Below, piece by piece: positions 48,948-60,900 of a stretch of 64,000 nucleotides of DNA. The position numbers were made by a program, and so were the translations under genes. Origin of the DNA: Podarcis bocagei (taxonomy: Eukaryota); NCBI GenBank assembly GCA_964188305.1, contig OZ076885.1; one strand, written 5' to 3'. Positions within the stretch are counted from its first letter, which is position 1. Each line of letters opens with the position of its first letter. Below the pieces are notes generated by a model. That model worked only from the letters and a program-made list of their open reading frames with translations. It ran no database searches and had not been told where the DNA came from.

Positions 48948-51900
48948 GTACCTCAGAATCTCAAAGGCCTTTTGTTTTGAAGTTGTGCAGGAGCTGCATG
49001 CCTCTGAACAACTGTCCTTTTAAAGTCCATTTAGCTGTCACTTGAACTTTCCTTAGAGACTTATTCTTTTTTCTTCTTTCTAGAACACTGATCCTACTGT
49101 ATTACACTGTGAATTATTGAGGTGTACTGTTCAATGTACAGTGGTACCTCGGGTTACATACGCTTCAGGTTACATATGCTTCATGTTACAGACTCCGCTA
49201 ACCCAGAAATAGTACCTCGGGTTAAGAACTTTGCTTCAGGATGAGAACAGAAATCGTGCTCCGGCGGCGCGGCAGCAGCAGGAGGCCCCATTAGCTAAAG
49301 TAGTGCTTCAGGTTAAGAACAGTTTCAGGTTAAGAACGGACCTCCAGAACGAATTAAGTACTTAACCCGAGGTACCACTGTACTCGTAGAGCAAGGATGA
49401 TTTTAAAAAACAACAACTAAACCTTGTGAGAAAATAATACCTAGATGTTTCATTATTTAGTTATTTAGAATATTTTAATCCTGTTTTGTGGCTCCTAGAG
49501 GCCCTCAAGCTGGCTTACAAAAGATTTTCAATGAGATAAATAAAAGTTTATTTGTTGTCTGTTTCATTTTCTGCTGGTTATAATATTGAAAATTCTTAAT
49601 GTAGATTCATTGTTAGATTATTTCTCTGTATACACTCTTCCCATAATTAGCTGTGAGTCATAGTGGCATTTTAGATTCATGGGGATTTTGTATCCAAGGC
49701 TACAGTCTTATCACACTAATCTGGGAGTAAGCCCCAATGGCCACAGTAGCTCCTGCATAAGATTTCACTTCATGTCTAGCTGGCTGCTGGTGCACAGCTC
49801 ATCTCTTTTCTTCTATTTACAACGTTTATATGTAGTCTAGTCTGGAAAGATAACCAGCATTGCTGCTATTGCTTTTGGGGGGAAGAAATTCTAGAGACTA
49901 AAACAAATTTATTATGGTTTAAAAGTCCTTCATAAATGGAAACTAAAATTTTCTTTAGTAAGTGTTTTTTGTTATATTCACTATCCTTAATGTGTACATA
50001 TAAGTGTTTCAAAATTGAAAAGATAGGAGCTGAGGGAATTGTTTTTAAAAGTGTACTGAGTAGGAATTGTTTACTGGTGTGGGATAGCATATGAACATAC
50101 ATAGTCTTTGTCAGTGTGAAGCATATTTAAATGTGTCTTTCTTAGTATGGAAATACGTATCTTTTAAACTATCCATATGATACTTACTGTTTTACAGCTA
50201 AACCATAATATAAAAAATGTGACTGTGCGACCAAGTAGAGGGAAACTGTGTTCCTTGATTATATCATTAAACGATAATAGTTACCTGACAGTGGATAAAA
50301 TATCACCTAAGGATGCAGAGGAAATGAAGCAGTTTCTGGAAGCTGTTCAAAATGGAGTTCATACAGGTTAGTGTTAATTGTAGATTTAGAGTGTGGGGAA
50401 ATGACTTCACTACTTGTTTAGGCTAAAATCAACTTTTATAAACAAAGTCTACTGTTAGTGAAAAAATAAAATGCTAGTAAAACTTCTTGTATATACATTT
50501 AAAAATCATAAAATGGTGTATTTTTGTTGTAGCTGTGAAATCATCCCAAGGGTCTGGCAGTTTTGGTGTTCTGGGCAGTAGAACCACACAGAAGGATTCT
50601 AATAGGCAATTCCCATATATTGAAAACCAGGTATTTTAATCTGTTTCCTTCTTTACTTATGCTCCTTTTTCTTTATCTGCTGTATACAATAAATACTATC
50701 TGTCCACATATTTAGTAGTGATAAATGGGGAAAAATTGAATTTGTGTATTTAATAATCTTTAATATCTCCTGATAAATTTCATTCCAAATAAAACAGCCT
50801 GTGGTCATTCCCACCAGATATGGAAAAAGTCCCTTTATTCCCACGGGTTGATGATTTCACTGATCTCAAAGGTTAAAACTATCTTATACAGAATACAGTA
50901 ACTCTGCTTCCCGTCCTTCTGCCCCAAATTGTTGCACCTAAGAGAGATTAGGCAGAACCTTCTTGGTGTCTGTCGCGAAGAACAAAAGACTTTATTATTT
51001 CATTCATCTATTCAGGGAAGACATTTCTAAGTTCACCTTCAGTAGGTGGGTCTGTCAGCCTTGGCTACCAGTTTCAACTTCTTCCAATCCCAGAAGGTCT
51101 CTTGTCCTGCTCAGTGTGGGGAGCAGCCATATTGGTGGCCTCTTACACATATGCTTTCCTTTTCCTGAAGTTTCAGATCAATTTAGAATGTCACATGGGA
51201 CACATTTGGGGCAATTGTTTCTAAATTTTGTCTTCGAACTAGAAGGAGACAGCCCCCCTGCCCACCAAGAGTGGAGATAGGAAGTTTAGTGTAGCCCTTC
51301 GTCTGGAGACTGATGGGTGGAGTCACTCGCAGGATGCTTTTCCATCTCCAAGGAGAAGGAACACTCACGATAAGTTCAAGGTTCCGTTTCAGGCCACTGT
51401 TCTTAAAGAATATATATTGCTTCTGACTCTGTAGCACTTGTAGTCTAGTCCGCCAAATAAAGGAATAGTAGTAAGAGGCTGATTGAGACTAAATCTGAAT
51501 ACCACACCTGTATCTTAACTTTATTTGGACGGTAAGGAGGTGCCTCCTAAGATCTTGTTCTTCAAACTGTTCTACTATTCTTTTTGCTTTTCATTTAAAA
51601 TATGCAACCCGGCCAAAGAGGATTTCTGGTGTGAGGTGGTTACATACAGCCAGGCATCTAGTTAGCCTACACAGGTAGTCTAGCAGGTTGGGATCCTATG
51701 CGTGAATCAGTCACTGCAGCGAAGTCTGCTATCATGGCAAATTGAAATATGGCTACTGCAGTAAAATTATGGCAGCTGCTTATAAGTTCTGTATGAAAGT
51801 GCCAGTTACTACAGATGTAATCCATATGCAGTGTTTGCTGGGTTGCCAGGTGGCCTGCTGATTGCATATGTGCCACTGACTCTCTAAAATGGGTCCATGA

Positions 51901-54900
51901 TTTGAAATGCAGTATGCTGTACTGATTACAGTGTTTCTGATTCTCATAGACTCCTTCAAAAAAAGGGATTGTAGAAAATAAAGATGAAACTCAACTTCGT
52001 AAGGTGCTGGGCAACCCAGGAAGGGCATCCATTAAGAATTCTTCAGTAACTGGAACGCCTGGCTACCGAGTTACCATTTCTAGTCCTTCTGCTGCTTCAA
52101 CACCTCACAGAACAGGGCTGTTGGAAAACCGGTATGAAAATAAACTTTTAAGGCACTGCAGCCTTTGATATGCATTCATTAAAACATGAATAGCTTTGAA
52201 CATAGTATTAGTAAACTGCTTTTCCATGTCTTTATTAACACTCTTTGGAAAATGTACTAAAAGCTTTAACTCTAAACTAGCTGGAAGGCAGTTAATTTTT
52301 GCATTTTATGATAAGGTTTATGGAGGTTGGATGAGAATGTGAGTTGGGCTCACATTGTTTCCCTGTTGACTAAAGGATTTCTCCCCCTTAATAAAACAGT
52401 GAAAGAAGGAAAAGGACACCACCTACCTCCGAGATGAATGAAGATTACCCAAAAGAGAATGATTCATCAACGTATGTTGTTATGGTTCTTACTTTTTATT
52501 CCCCTTCCCCCACATTAATTCTGTTGAAAAAAACTCCTTAATCTCTCTTCACTCTTATTTCATAATGCCTTGCAAACATGAAGCACTTGAAAATTGTAAG
52601 GATTCAGAAATATGGAATGTTGTATGTTTTTAATTTGGTATGCCAGTTTAAAATGTTCTTCATAGTTGCCCTTCATGGTGATTACTGAATGAGTGATTTG
52701 AATCTAAAGGTCTTTTATAATTTTACTATTAAAATGTAAGTCTAGATTATTATTTTTTAGCATCAATGAGTGTAGTTATGGTATTTTTAACAATTTGTAT
52801 TGCTGTGGTTGCCAGTGGAATCAGTGGCATCCTTGAGGATTTCCCCTGAGGCCCACAAAGTCTTTGTACCTTCTCCTCACTCCTGCAAACTATATAGAGC
52901 TTAAAATGAAGTTAGAAGAGCAACATCCTTTCCTTTTAATTTAAGCTCTCTGGTTTTTCAAAGTTATGAATAGGCACCTAAGCAGCTGAACAGAAAGAAG
53001 AGTGACTGAGTAGGATAAAGGGAGTGTTCTGTGAGAATATGAGTTGGAGAGAGCGCAAATGGGGAAGAGTGCTGTTGCAGTCAGGTCCTGCTTGTGGACT
53101 TCTTAGAAGCATTTTGTTGGCCACTGTGAGACCAGAATGCTGGACCAGATGGATCATCGTTCTCATCCAGCAACACTTCCTATGCTTTTAAGTTCTAGAT
53201 GGGAAGAAGAAAGTGGGATCCTATATGAGTCAGGAGGGAGAGCATGCCAAAGAGAAAAAGAATGGACGTTAGAAGTAATGTGCACGCACACACAAGTTGG
53301 ATCTACAGAAATGATTCTCTTGAAATTGTTTTATGATTTTTCAGGAGCCCCCCAAACCACAGGTATCTGTGTCCATTCGCTAAAACATAAAAATTATGTT
53401 GCAGATACAGTGGTGCCTCGCAAGACGAAAATAATTCGTTCCGCGAGCCTTTTCGTCTTGCGATGTTTTTCGTCTTGCGAAGCACGGTCCGTCGCAACTG
53501 CGCCTCTTCAAGCGGCTTTAAGAAAAAAGCGCAAGACGTTGTCGTCTTGCGAAGCAAGCCCATAGGGAAATTCGTCTAGCGAAGCAACGCAAAACCGAAA
53601 AACCCTTTTGTCTAGCGAGTTTCTCGTCTTGCGAGGCATTCGTCTTGCGGGGCACCACTGTATGTTGCAAAAACATGGATCAGAGGCACAGATCCTTATA
53701 AATCATTATAATTTTTACAATGTATCTCCTCAAAATTACAGTCATATCATAGGTCACCTTAGTGTCCAGAGGTGTGTTTCATTTTTCGTTATCATATCCT
53801 ATACACAAATCATAAATGCCTATTCATTGGGTCATTGCTAGCAGTTTCTGGATCTCTGACTTTAGTTTTAGTTTTTAATTATTGTGTGCTCTCCCATTGT
53901 AAACTGCAATTTGATGCTTTTTTTGGTAAAACCATGCAAATTCAAGAGGATCCGTTTTAGTTCCAGTAGGTCTGACATTTACTCAGACCCTACGGAAAAG
54001 CAGAAGTTTGTGTGTACACACCGTCTGTCTGAGGGAGTGGTGGGGAGACAAGTGAGCAGACAGGCTGGTGTACCCAGCACCCTCTCAAAATTCCATATGG
54101 GCCCCCAAAATTTGAAAGCCCCCGAATAGTATACAGTGGTACCTCCGGTTATGAATTTACCGTATTTTTTGCCCCATAAGATGCACCTAGTTTTTAGAGG
54201 AGGAAAACAAGAAAAAAAATATTCTGAACAAAACAGTGGGTGTATGCTTTTTGTGGTTCATGCTGTGGCCACAGACATGATATGTGATTTGACGGTGAGT
54301 TTGGGGTGACCCAATGCAAAAATCCTGAGGATCCATGTAGATCCGTGCTTTGTAACCACGTTTTTGCTCCATGGATGTGTGGATTTTTGGTGCAGGCTGT
54401 AGCCATGGACATGCTATGTGATCTGATGGTGAATTTGGGGTGAGATTTTAGGGAACTTGTAATGGTGGTTAATAAATGTAAACCAGGGGAAGTGGTGTAC
54501 AATATTGTTTTACATAACTTATTTAAAGTTATATGGGTTTATCTGCAGCAATAACAAAGCCATGACTGATCCAGCACGGAAATTCTTATATAGCAGCAGG
54601 GAAAAACAGATGAGCTTGAAACAGACTGAGGAGAATAGGACATCAGGTAAAAAAATGATACTGTTTTTGACCATCTTGTACAATGGCTAACTAGTTAAAA
54701 CTAAACACATTTTGTTTTTATTTAGAAAACTGAGCTTCTAAAAGTCTCTGTATAATGAAATTATCTTTGTTCTCACTTGAGGAACATTAGAAGGGCAAAA
54801 ATTAAAATGTAAACCATATGCTTGAGGATAGCTGAAAGCAAGGAAGTCCAAATGAGAGTTTTATCTTGATAATTGTTTAAATGGGGGATTAGGAGGAGGA

Positions 54901-57900
54901 GAGAGTGCTACGATTGCATATTACAGAAATGATTCTGCAATTTTTTTCTGACTTCCCACTGACTTTCCTTATTATTCCACCATGGTGATCAATAAATTAA
55001 TTCCCCCTGGAGATAGTAACTAAATTAGGCATTCCGTACTTACATTGAAATTTAGGAGATAGCATTTTAAATTTATTTTGATAAACAATGCACTGTGTAT
55101 TTTCAGTAAAAAGTAATGCTAAAGTTGACTGTTCCAGGAGTAATTATAATATCACTCAGTAGATGTTTGCTGGAAACTATGTTGGGGAAAGACATGCTTC
55201 TTTCTTCTTCTGGCTTTAAATCTGAAGTTTCCAGATTAGCAAAGCAACCCTAATAGTCTACATTGTGCCTCCACATATAATATAAAAGCACATATGTCCT
55301 GTCTTGGAGGGTTTTAAAATACTTTGTCTGTAATATAGTTACACAAACACCCACTTATATTGCATAAAACTAAGCTTTCTGGAGGTTAAGTGAAGCCATG
55401 ACGTAGCTTATAAATCTCATTGCTGTAGCCAAGGCATAAGAGTTTTGAGATGTGATAAGGGCAAAAGATTCGCAAGGTTCATATGATATGAAATATCTGT
55501 ATTTTGCCTAGCAGATATATCCATTGCAGTATTTTATAGCAGGGATGAAGCCTTTGGCAGAAACTAATCACAGTTTAATTGTTGCATCTCCTTTGAAATG
55601 TTGACTGTTGGACAGTTGTATAGTTTACTTTCTAAGACAGTTCTTACAGAAATTGATTTCTTTTTCCTTTTAAGGAGTTTTGCCTTTACAATCCTCTTCA
55701 TTTTATGGAAGCAGATCATCTTCAAAGGATTATTCAGCTGGGAGTTCTAATTTGGACAGGTAAGTACAGCATTCCTTAGCTATTTTGTTTCAAATTCTTG
55801 GTCATTGGAGTGCTCCATTCATCAAATGGTGTAGTTCGTTCATGAAAACATCTTCTTATGTTACTCTTAGCACCATTTCAAACGTTTTCTGCACAGGAGT
55901 AAACAAATCATAAAATGCTGGGTGCTGTGCTAATTGAATACATCTAGGTGATATAAGAGCTCATACCCTGTCCTGTATAAATGGGTAAATACACACATGC
56001 AGATCAGCCTGATACTAGTCAGCAAGACATTTTGGCAGACCTTTGTACCCAAGCAAAAAAAACTATGGCTCTTGGGTTGTTGCATCTTCCTCATCTACTA
56101 GCTGCGGCCAGGGAAGCTCCTTTTCTACAGTGACAGAAAACCTCTTGGTTGTTTAGTATGTACAAGACTAGAGTACCTAATGGTGCATATGGCTTATGGC
56201 TGCCATCTAATGCCTTGTCCAAAAGGTTGTAATCAGCCACTACAGTCAAGGAAAACCTTTATGTTAAACTTTCTTGGGTAGAGTAATACTAATTATAGTC
56301 TACAGAATTGTGCACAAAGGGAAACTTGGAATGGGTGGCCATAATTTATAAACTCCATGTTGCTGTAGCTAGGAGGAGATTAGAGCAGGGGTGGTAACCT
56401 GTGGCCTGCCAAAGGTGCAGCAGTAAAACGGTTAGTACATTTGCAAAGCTAAGCAAGGTCCAGTATAGTTTCAGATTGGATGTGGGGGGAGCGTGTTGAG
56501 ATTCCTGCATTGTAGGGGATTTGACTAGATGACCCTTGGGGTGCCTTCCGGCTCTACAATTCTATGATTGTATGACTACAACTCCCTTCAGCCTCATCCA
56601 GTATGACCAGTAATCACATCCATGGGTTAAAGAGATAGAAAGCAGGTATTATTTTTGCTAAGACTGGTCTAGCCTGCTTCATCTAGTATCTGCTACAACT
56701 ATGTATTATGCTTCAAACTCCCATGCCTGTGGGGTATTCAGCATGCTAGCCAAATTTTATTTCTGCTCATCTTCTGCTGGAGTATGTTTAGCACTGTGAG
56801 CAGCAATGGAAGTATACATATTTTAAGTGTTTGGGGAACAGATGGCATTTATTTACAGTGGTACCTCGGGTTACATACGCTTCAGGTTACATACGCTTCA
56901 GGTTACAGACTCTGCTAACCCAGAAATATTACCTCGGGTTAAGAACTTTGCTTCAGGATGAGAACAGAAATCATGCTCTGGCGGCGCAGTAGCAGCAGGA
57001 GGTCCCATTAGCTAAAGTGGTGCTTCAGATTAAGAACAGTTTCAGGTTAAGAACGGACCTCCGGAATGAATTAAGTACTTAACCCAAGGTACCACTGTAT
57101 TTTTTTGGGGGGGGTTATTGGTTTCTGTTTTTGTTTCATTATGTATTTTGTATTCTGTTATGAACCACCTTGGTGAACAACAACAACAACAATTTTATTT
57201 CACAATGCTTTATTTCAAAAGTGTGATTTTCAAGTGTAAAGTATTTTTAAGAAGAACTTGTTATACATACTTAAAAACCGTGCAAGTTGAAAAATGAATT
57301 TAGAATTCTTTTTACTTCTACTTCCAGCAAGTTTATCTACAACAGGGAGCTGGAAATGTGTTGCTCTTTAGTGGGGTCTGTGACTAATACTCAGAGGAGT
57401 CTTTGTAGGCTGTATAAATGTGATTCGTAATCACATATGGCCCTTCTGTGGATGCAAAGCATCCTGCATGTGTGAGAGGAAGAGGAAGAATGAACAAACA
57501 TTTTGGGAGGCTGTCCACCTTGTGATAACTTCCTAGTGATGCATCCCCATTCGAAGCATCCTCAATGCTCATGGAATATGACTGCTGCTATATCACTGGT
57601 GGCAGTAGCCGGCATTGTTATTCTTGAGATGGCTATTTATCCATCTCGCCTTGTAGGACTAACCTGTTGAATCAGACTCCTTCTGCGAAAAGAAGCTTGG
57701 GGTTTCTCTCTCAGCCAGCCCCTCTCTCTGTTAAAAAAATGAGACCTAACCAGGATTACATGGGATGGAACAAGCCACGAGTCCCCCTTTCCACTCACCC
57801 ACAGCAGCAACTGCAAGGGTAAGTTTTTAGATTTTCAGTATCTGTGTGTGGGCACACTGTGTGCTCAGTTTAGGTATTGGTTACATAGAAATAAATCCAA

Positions 57901-60900
57901 CTTGTCAGCTTTTTCTAAAACTAGATATCCTTTCAGCACCATATCTCCATGTCTTCATTTTTAAAAACTTATTCTTCGTGTTTGTGCTGTGTGTTTAACA
58001 TTACGTTAGAGTCCCTTTGAGCAGGGGCTGCCACTTACGTTCATGCAAACTCAGTATTTAACAATTTAATAGCTTTGTAGATTGTTAATTAATAATTATT
58101 ATTATTATTATTAAGACAGTGAGCAAGGGCGGACCAGAGTTACCATATTATTCTGTGTATAAGACTAGATTTTTTTCCTTTAAAATAATGTCAAAAATTA
58201 GGGGGCGTCTTTTACACGGATACATCTCCCCCCATTTTCTTAAATCTGAGTCCGCCAAAATAGGGGGCATCTTATACATGGGGGCATTTTATAGACAGAA
58301 AAATACGGAACTTACATTCTTACAACATGCCCTGTTTTACAAGTAGGGTTTTGAATGTATTTCCATCGTCCTAAATCTTTTCCTCTTCTATTTCCTTTTT
58401 TACCTCTGCAAATTAAACATGTGAAGTAATGATTCCTTGTATTGAGGATTGCCCATCAGGTTTCTAGAAAAAATCTGTGATAATAAGAAATCTCAGTGTG
58501 TGGCAGATCTATTAGTTTCCCCCTCTTCTGCATTCCTTGCATGGTTCGTTTCAAGACCCTTTTTGTAAAAAAGAATTTTTTTGTTGTTATGTTTGAAGAA
58601 AATTAATAAATCTTCAGATGGATTTGTCACAAACATCTTCTGGGTAGTTTGGATGATAGTTTATAAGATTATGCTTATAGACCTTACAAGTACAGGTCTA
58701 CTACTTAAGAAGCCTAAATAGAATCTGGGATCTAATTGGTTCTTATCTATAAACATCATACAAAGGTTTGTTTAGAAATCTTTCCACATTCTGAGGTGTA
58801 TTGTTATGATTGTTTTTTATTGCATACTCCAAGCAGACAGACTCCTACTCCTAATCAGTGTGTGTATGCATGCGTGTGCACACTGTAGTCCATGAGTAGG
58901 CAAACTAAGGCCCGGGGGCCGGATCTGGCCCAATCGCCTTCTAAATCCAGCCCGCGTATCGTCCGGGAATCAGCATGTTTTTACATGAGTAGAATGTGTC
59001 CTTTTATTTAAAATGCATCTCTGGGTTTTTTGTGGGGCATAGGAATTCGTTCATTTATTTTTTCCTCCTAAATATAGTCCGGCCCCCCGCAAGGTCTGAG
59101 GGACAGTGGACCGGCCCCCTGCTGAAAAAGTTTGCTGACCTTCTGTAGTCAGTGTAAAATATCTGTGTTGGAAATGTTCCAATGTAACAACTTTGTCACC
59201 TTGTGCTTCTTCACAGGTTTACCAACTTGGGGAATACCTGTTACATGAATGCTATTTTACAATCTCTATTTTCAATTCAATCTTTTGCTAATGATCTTTT
59301 GAAACAAAATATCCCATGGAAAAAAGTTCCAAACAATGCACTTATCAGGTAAGCACCAGCTTTGTGAGTTAAGTAAACATTTTTTCCTAGTACAGCTTCA
59401 AAAGAAGCATTCAGATTTGGCGTGCTATTTGTAACTCTTCTTGCATATATTTTTGATAAAGTCCTATATTTTCTAAGGTTGCTGCTTTTATTACTGCAGT
59501 TCCTCATTTATTGAGCCTCTGCTCTTTCCTCTTTCTTTGCTATGGTAATGAATAGATGTGTGCATTGTATTGAAAAAGGTTTTGCAAGCACAATAAATGG
59601 ATGCTTAGAAAAACAGTAAGTCATAAGTTTCCTGGTTATGTGAAGAGGGGCATATCAAAGTTTGAATAATACATTCCTATAAAAAGGGTATTGGGCCAGT
59701 CATTTGTTTACTGCTCATACAAGATCCTACTAATAAGCATAACATATTTTATGTGAGTTGATTTTAAAATACATGCAATATAATGGAAGGGAGTGCGAAC
59801 AAATTTTTAAGGGTATGTTAACTTTGCTGATATTTTTAGCATTAAACAATGCCTAACTTGCTTTTTGACATTTAAATGTCACTGCATTAATTTGTCCAGG
59901 CGCTTTACCCATCTACTTGCTAAAAAAGATGTTTGTAGCCCTGAAGTAAAGAAAGACCTACTTAAGAAGGTGAAAAATGCAATTTCAGCTACTGCAGAGA
60001 GATTCTCTGGTTACATGCAAAATGTAAGTATTTCGCTTTCTAGCAGCTGAAGTATTTTAAGGAGTGATGTGACCAACTATGGAAATATTGATGCAAAAAG
60101 AGCTGCATAACAAGAGTTCGTAGTTTTTCTAGGCAGGTCAGGAAACTTGCAGAGTTAGTGGCATGTAACAGACTATTGACAAGCAGTGGCAGATGCTACA
60201 AGGACAGGAGGCCTCGTGGATAGATTTTTCAGTGATCACTTCCTGAATCTTACTTGGTTGTTATGCTTATATATTTTGCTGTTCGCAAAAGAAAAGTACA
60301 GCGGAAGCATGTTTTTCAAAAACTTAATTCTTTCCCTGAATTTTGATGATACAACATTTAAAAAGAAAAGAAAAGAAAAGAAAAGAGATGGAATGTCCAT
60401 TCTCTTTTCATTACTATTGCTGAGTTCTCTTCTCTTTCTCCCTCCCCCAAGCCCTTTGAAAGTTGTCAAATTGCATGTTGATAGGTTAAAAGTTTGTATT
60501 TGACCAAAATATCAATATACAATAAAAAACACTGTAGAATCTAATAATATAATAATGTGGTGCAGAAAATATATCAAAGGCTTGAATACATCTCAGCTTC
60601 AAAAGGTGTTCATCCTCCTCCTCTGGTTTTTCTTAACAGGAGCTGGTGACTTGATTTAGGCACTACAGTGGTACCTCAGGTTAAGAACTTAATTTGTTCT
60701 GGAGGTCCGTTCTTAACCTGAAACTGTTCTTAACCTGAAGTACCACTTTAGCTAATGGGGCCTCCCGCTGGCACGCAATTTCTGTTCTCATTCTGAAGCA
60801 AAGTTCTTAACCTGAGGTACTGTTTCTGGGTTAGCGGAGTCTGTAACCTGAAGCTTCTGTAACCCGAGGTACCACTGTATAAATGTTACCAGACTTTTTA

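Noticed and set aside
52132-52399. CCCTTAAT near the USP37 acceptor resembling a U12 branch site
   Set aside because: The donor is GTATGA, not RTATCCTT, so this is an ordinary U2 intron.
53408-53660. Regularly spaced CGTCTTGCG repeats, superficially CRISPR-like
   Set aside because: Subterminal repeats of a TA-flanked MITE in a eukaryotic genome.
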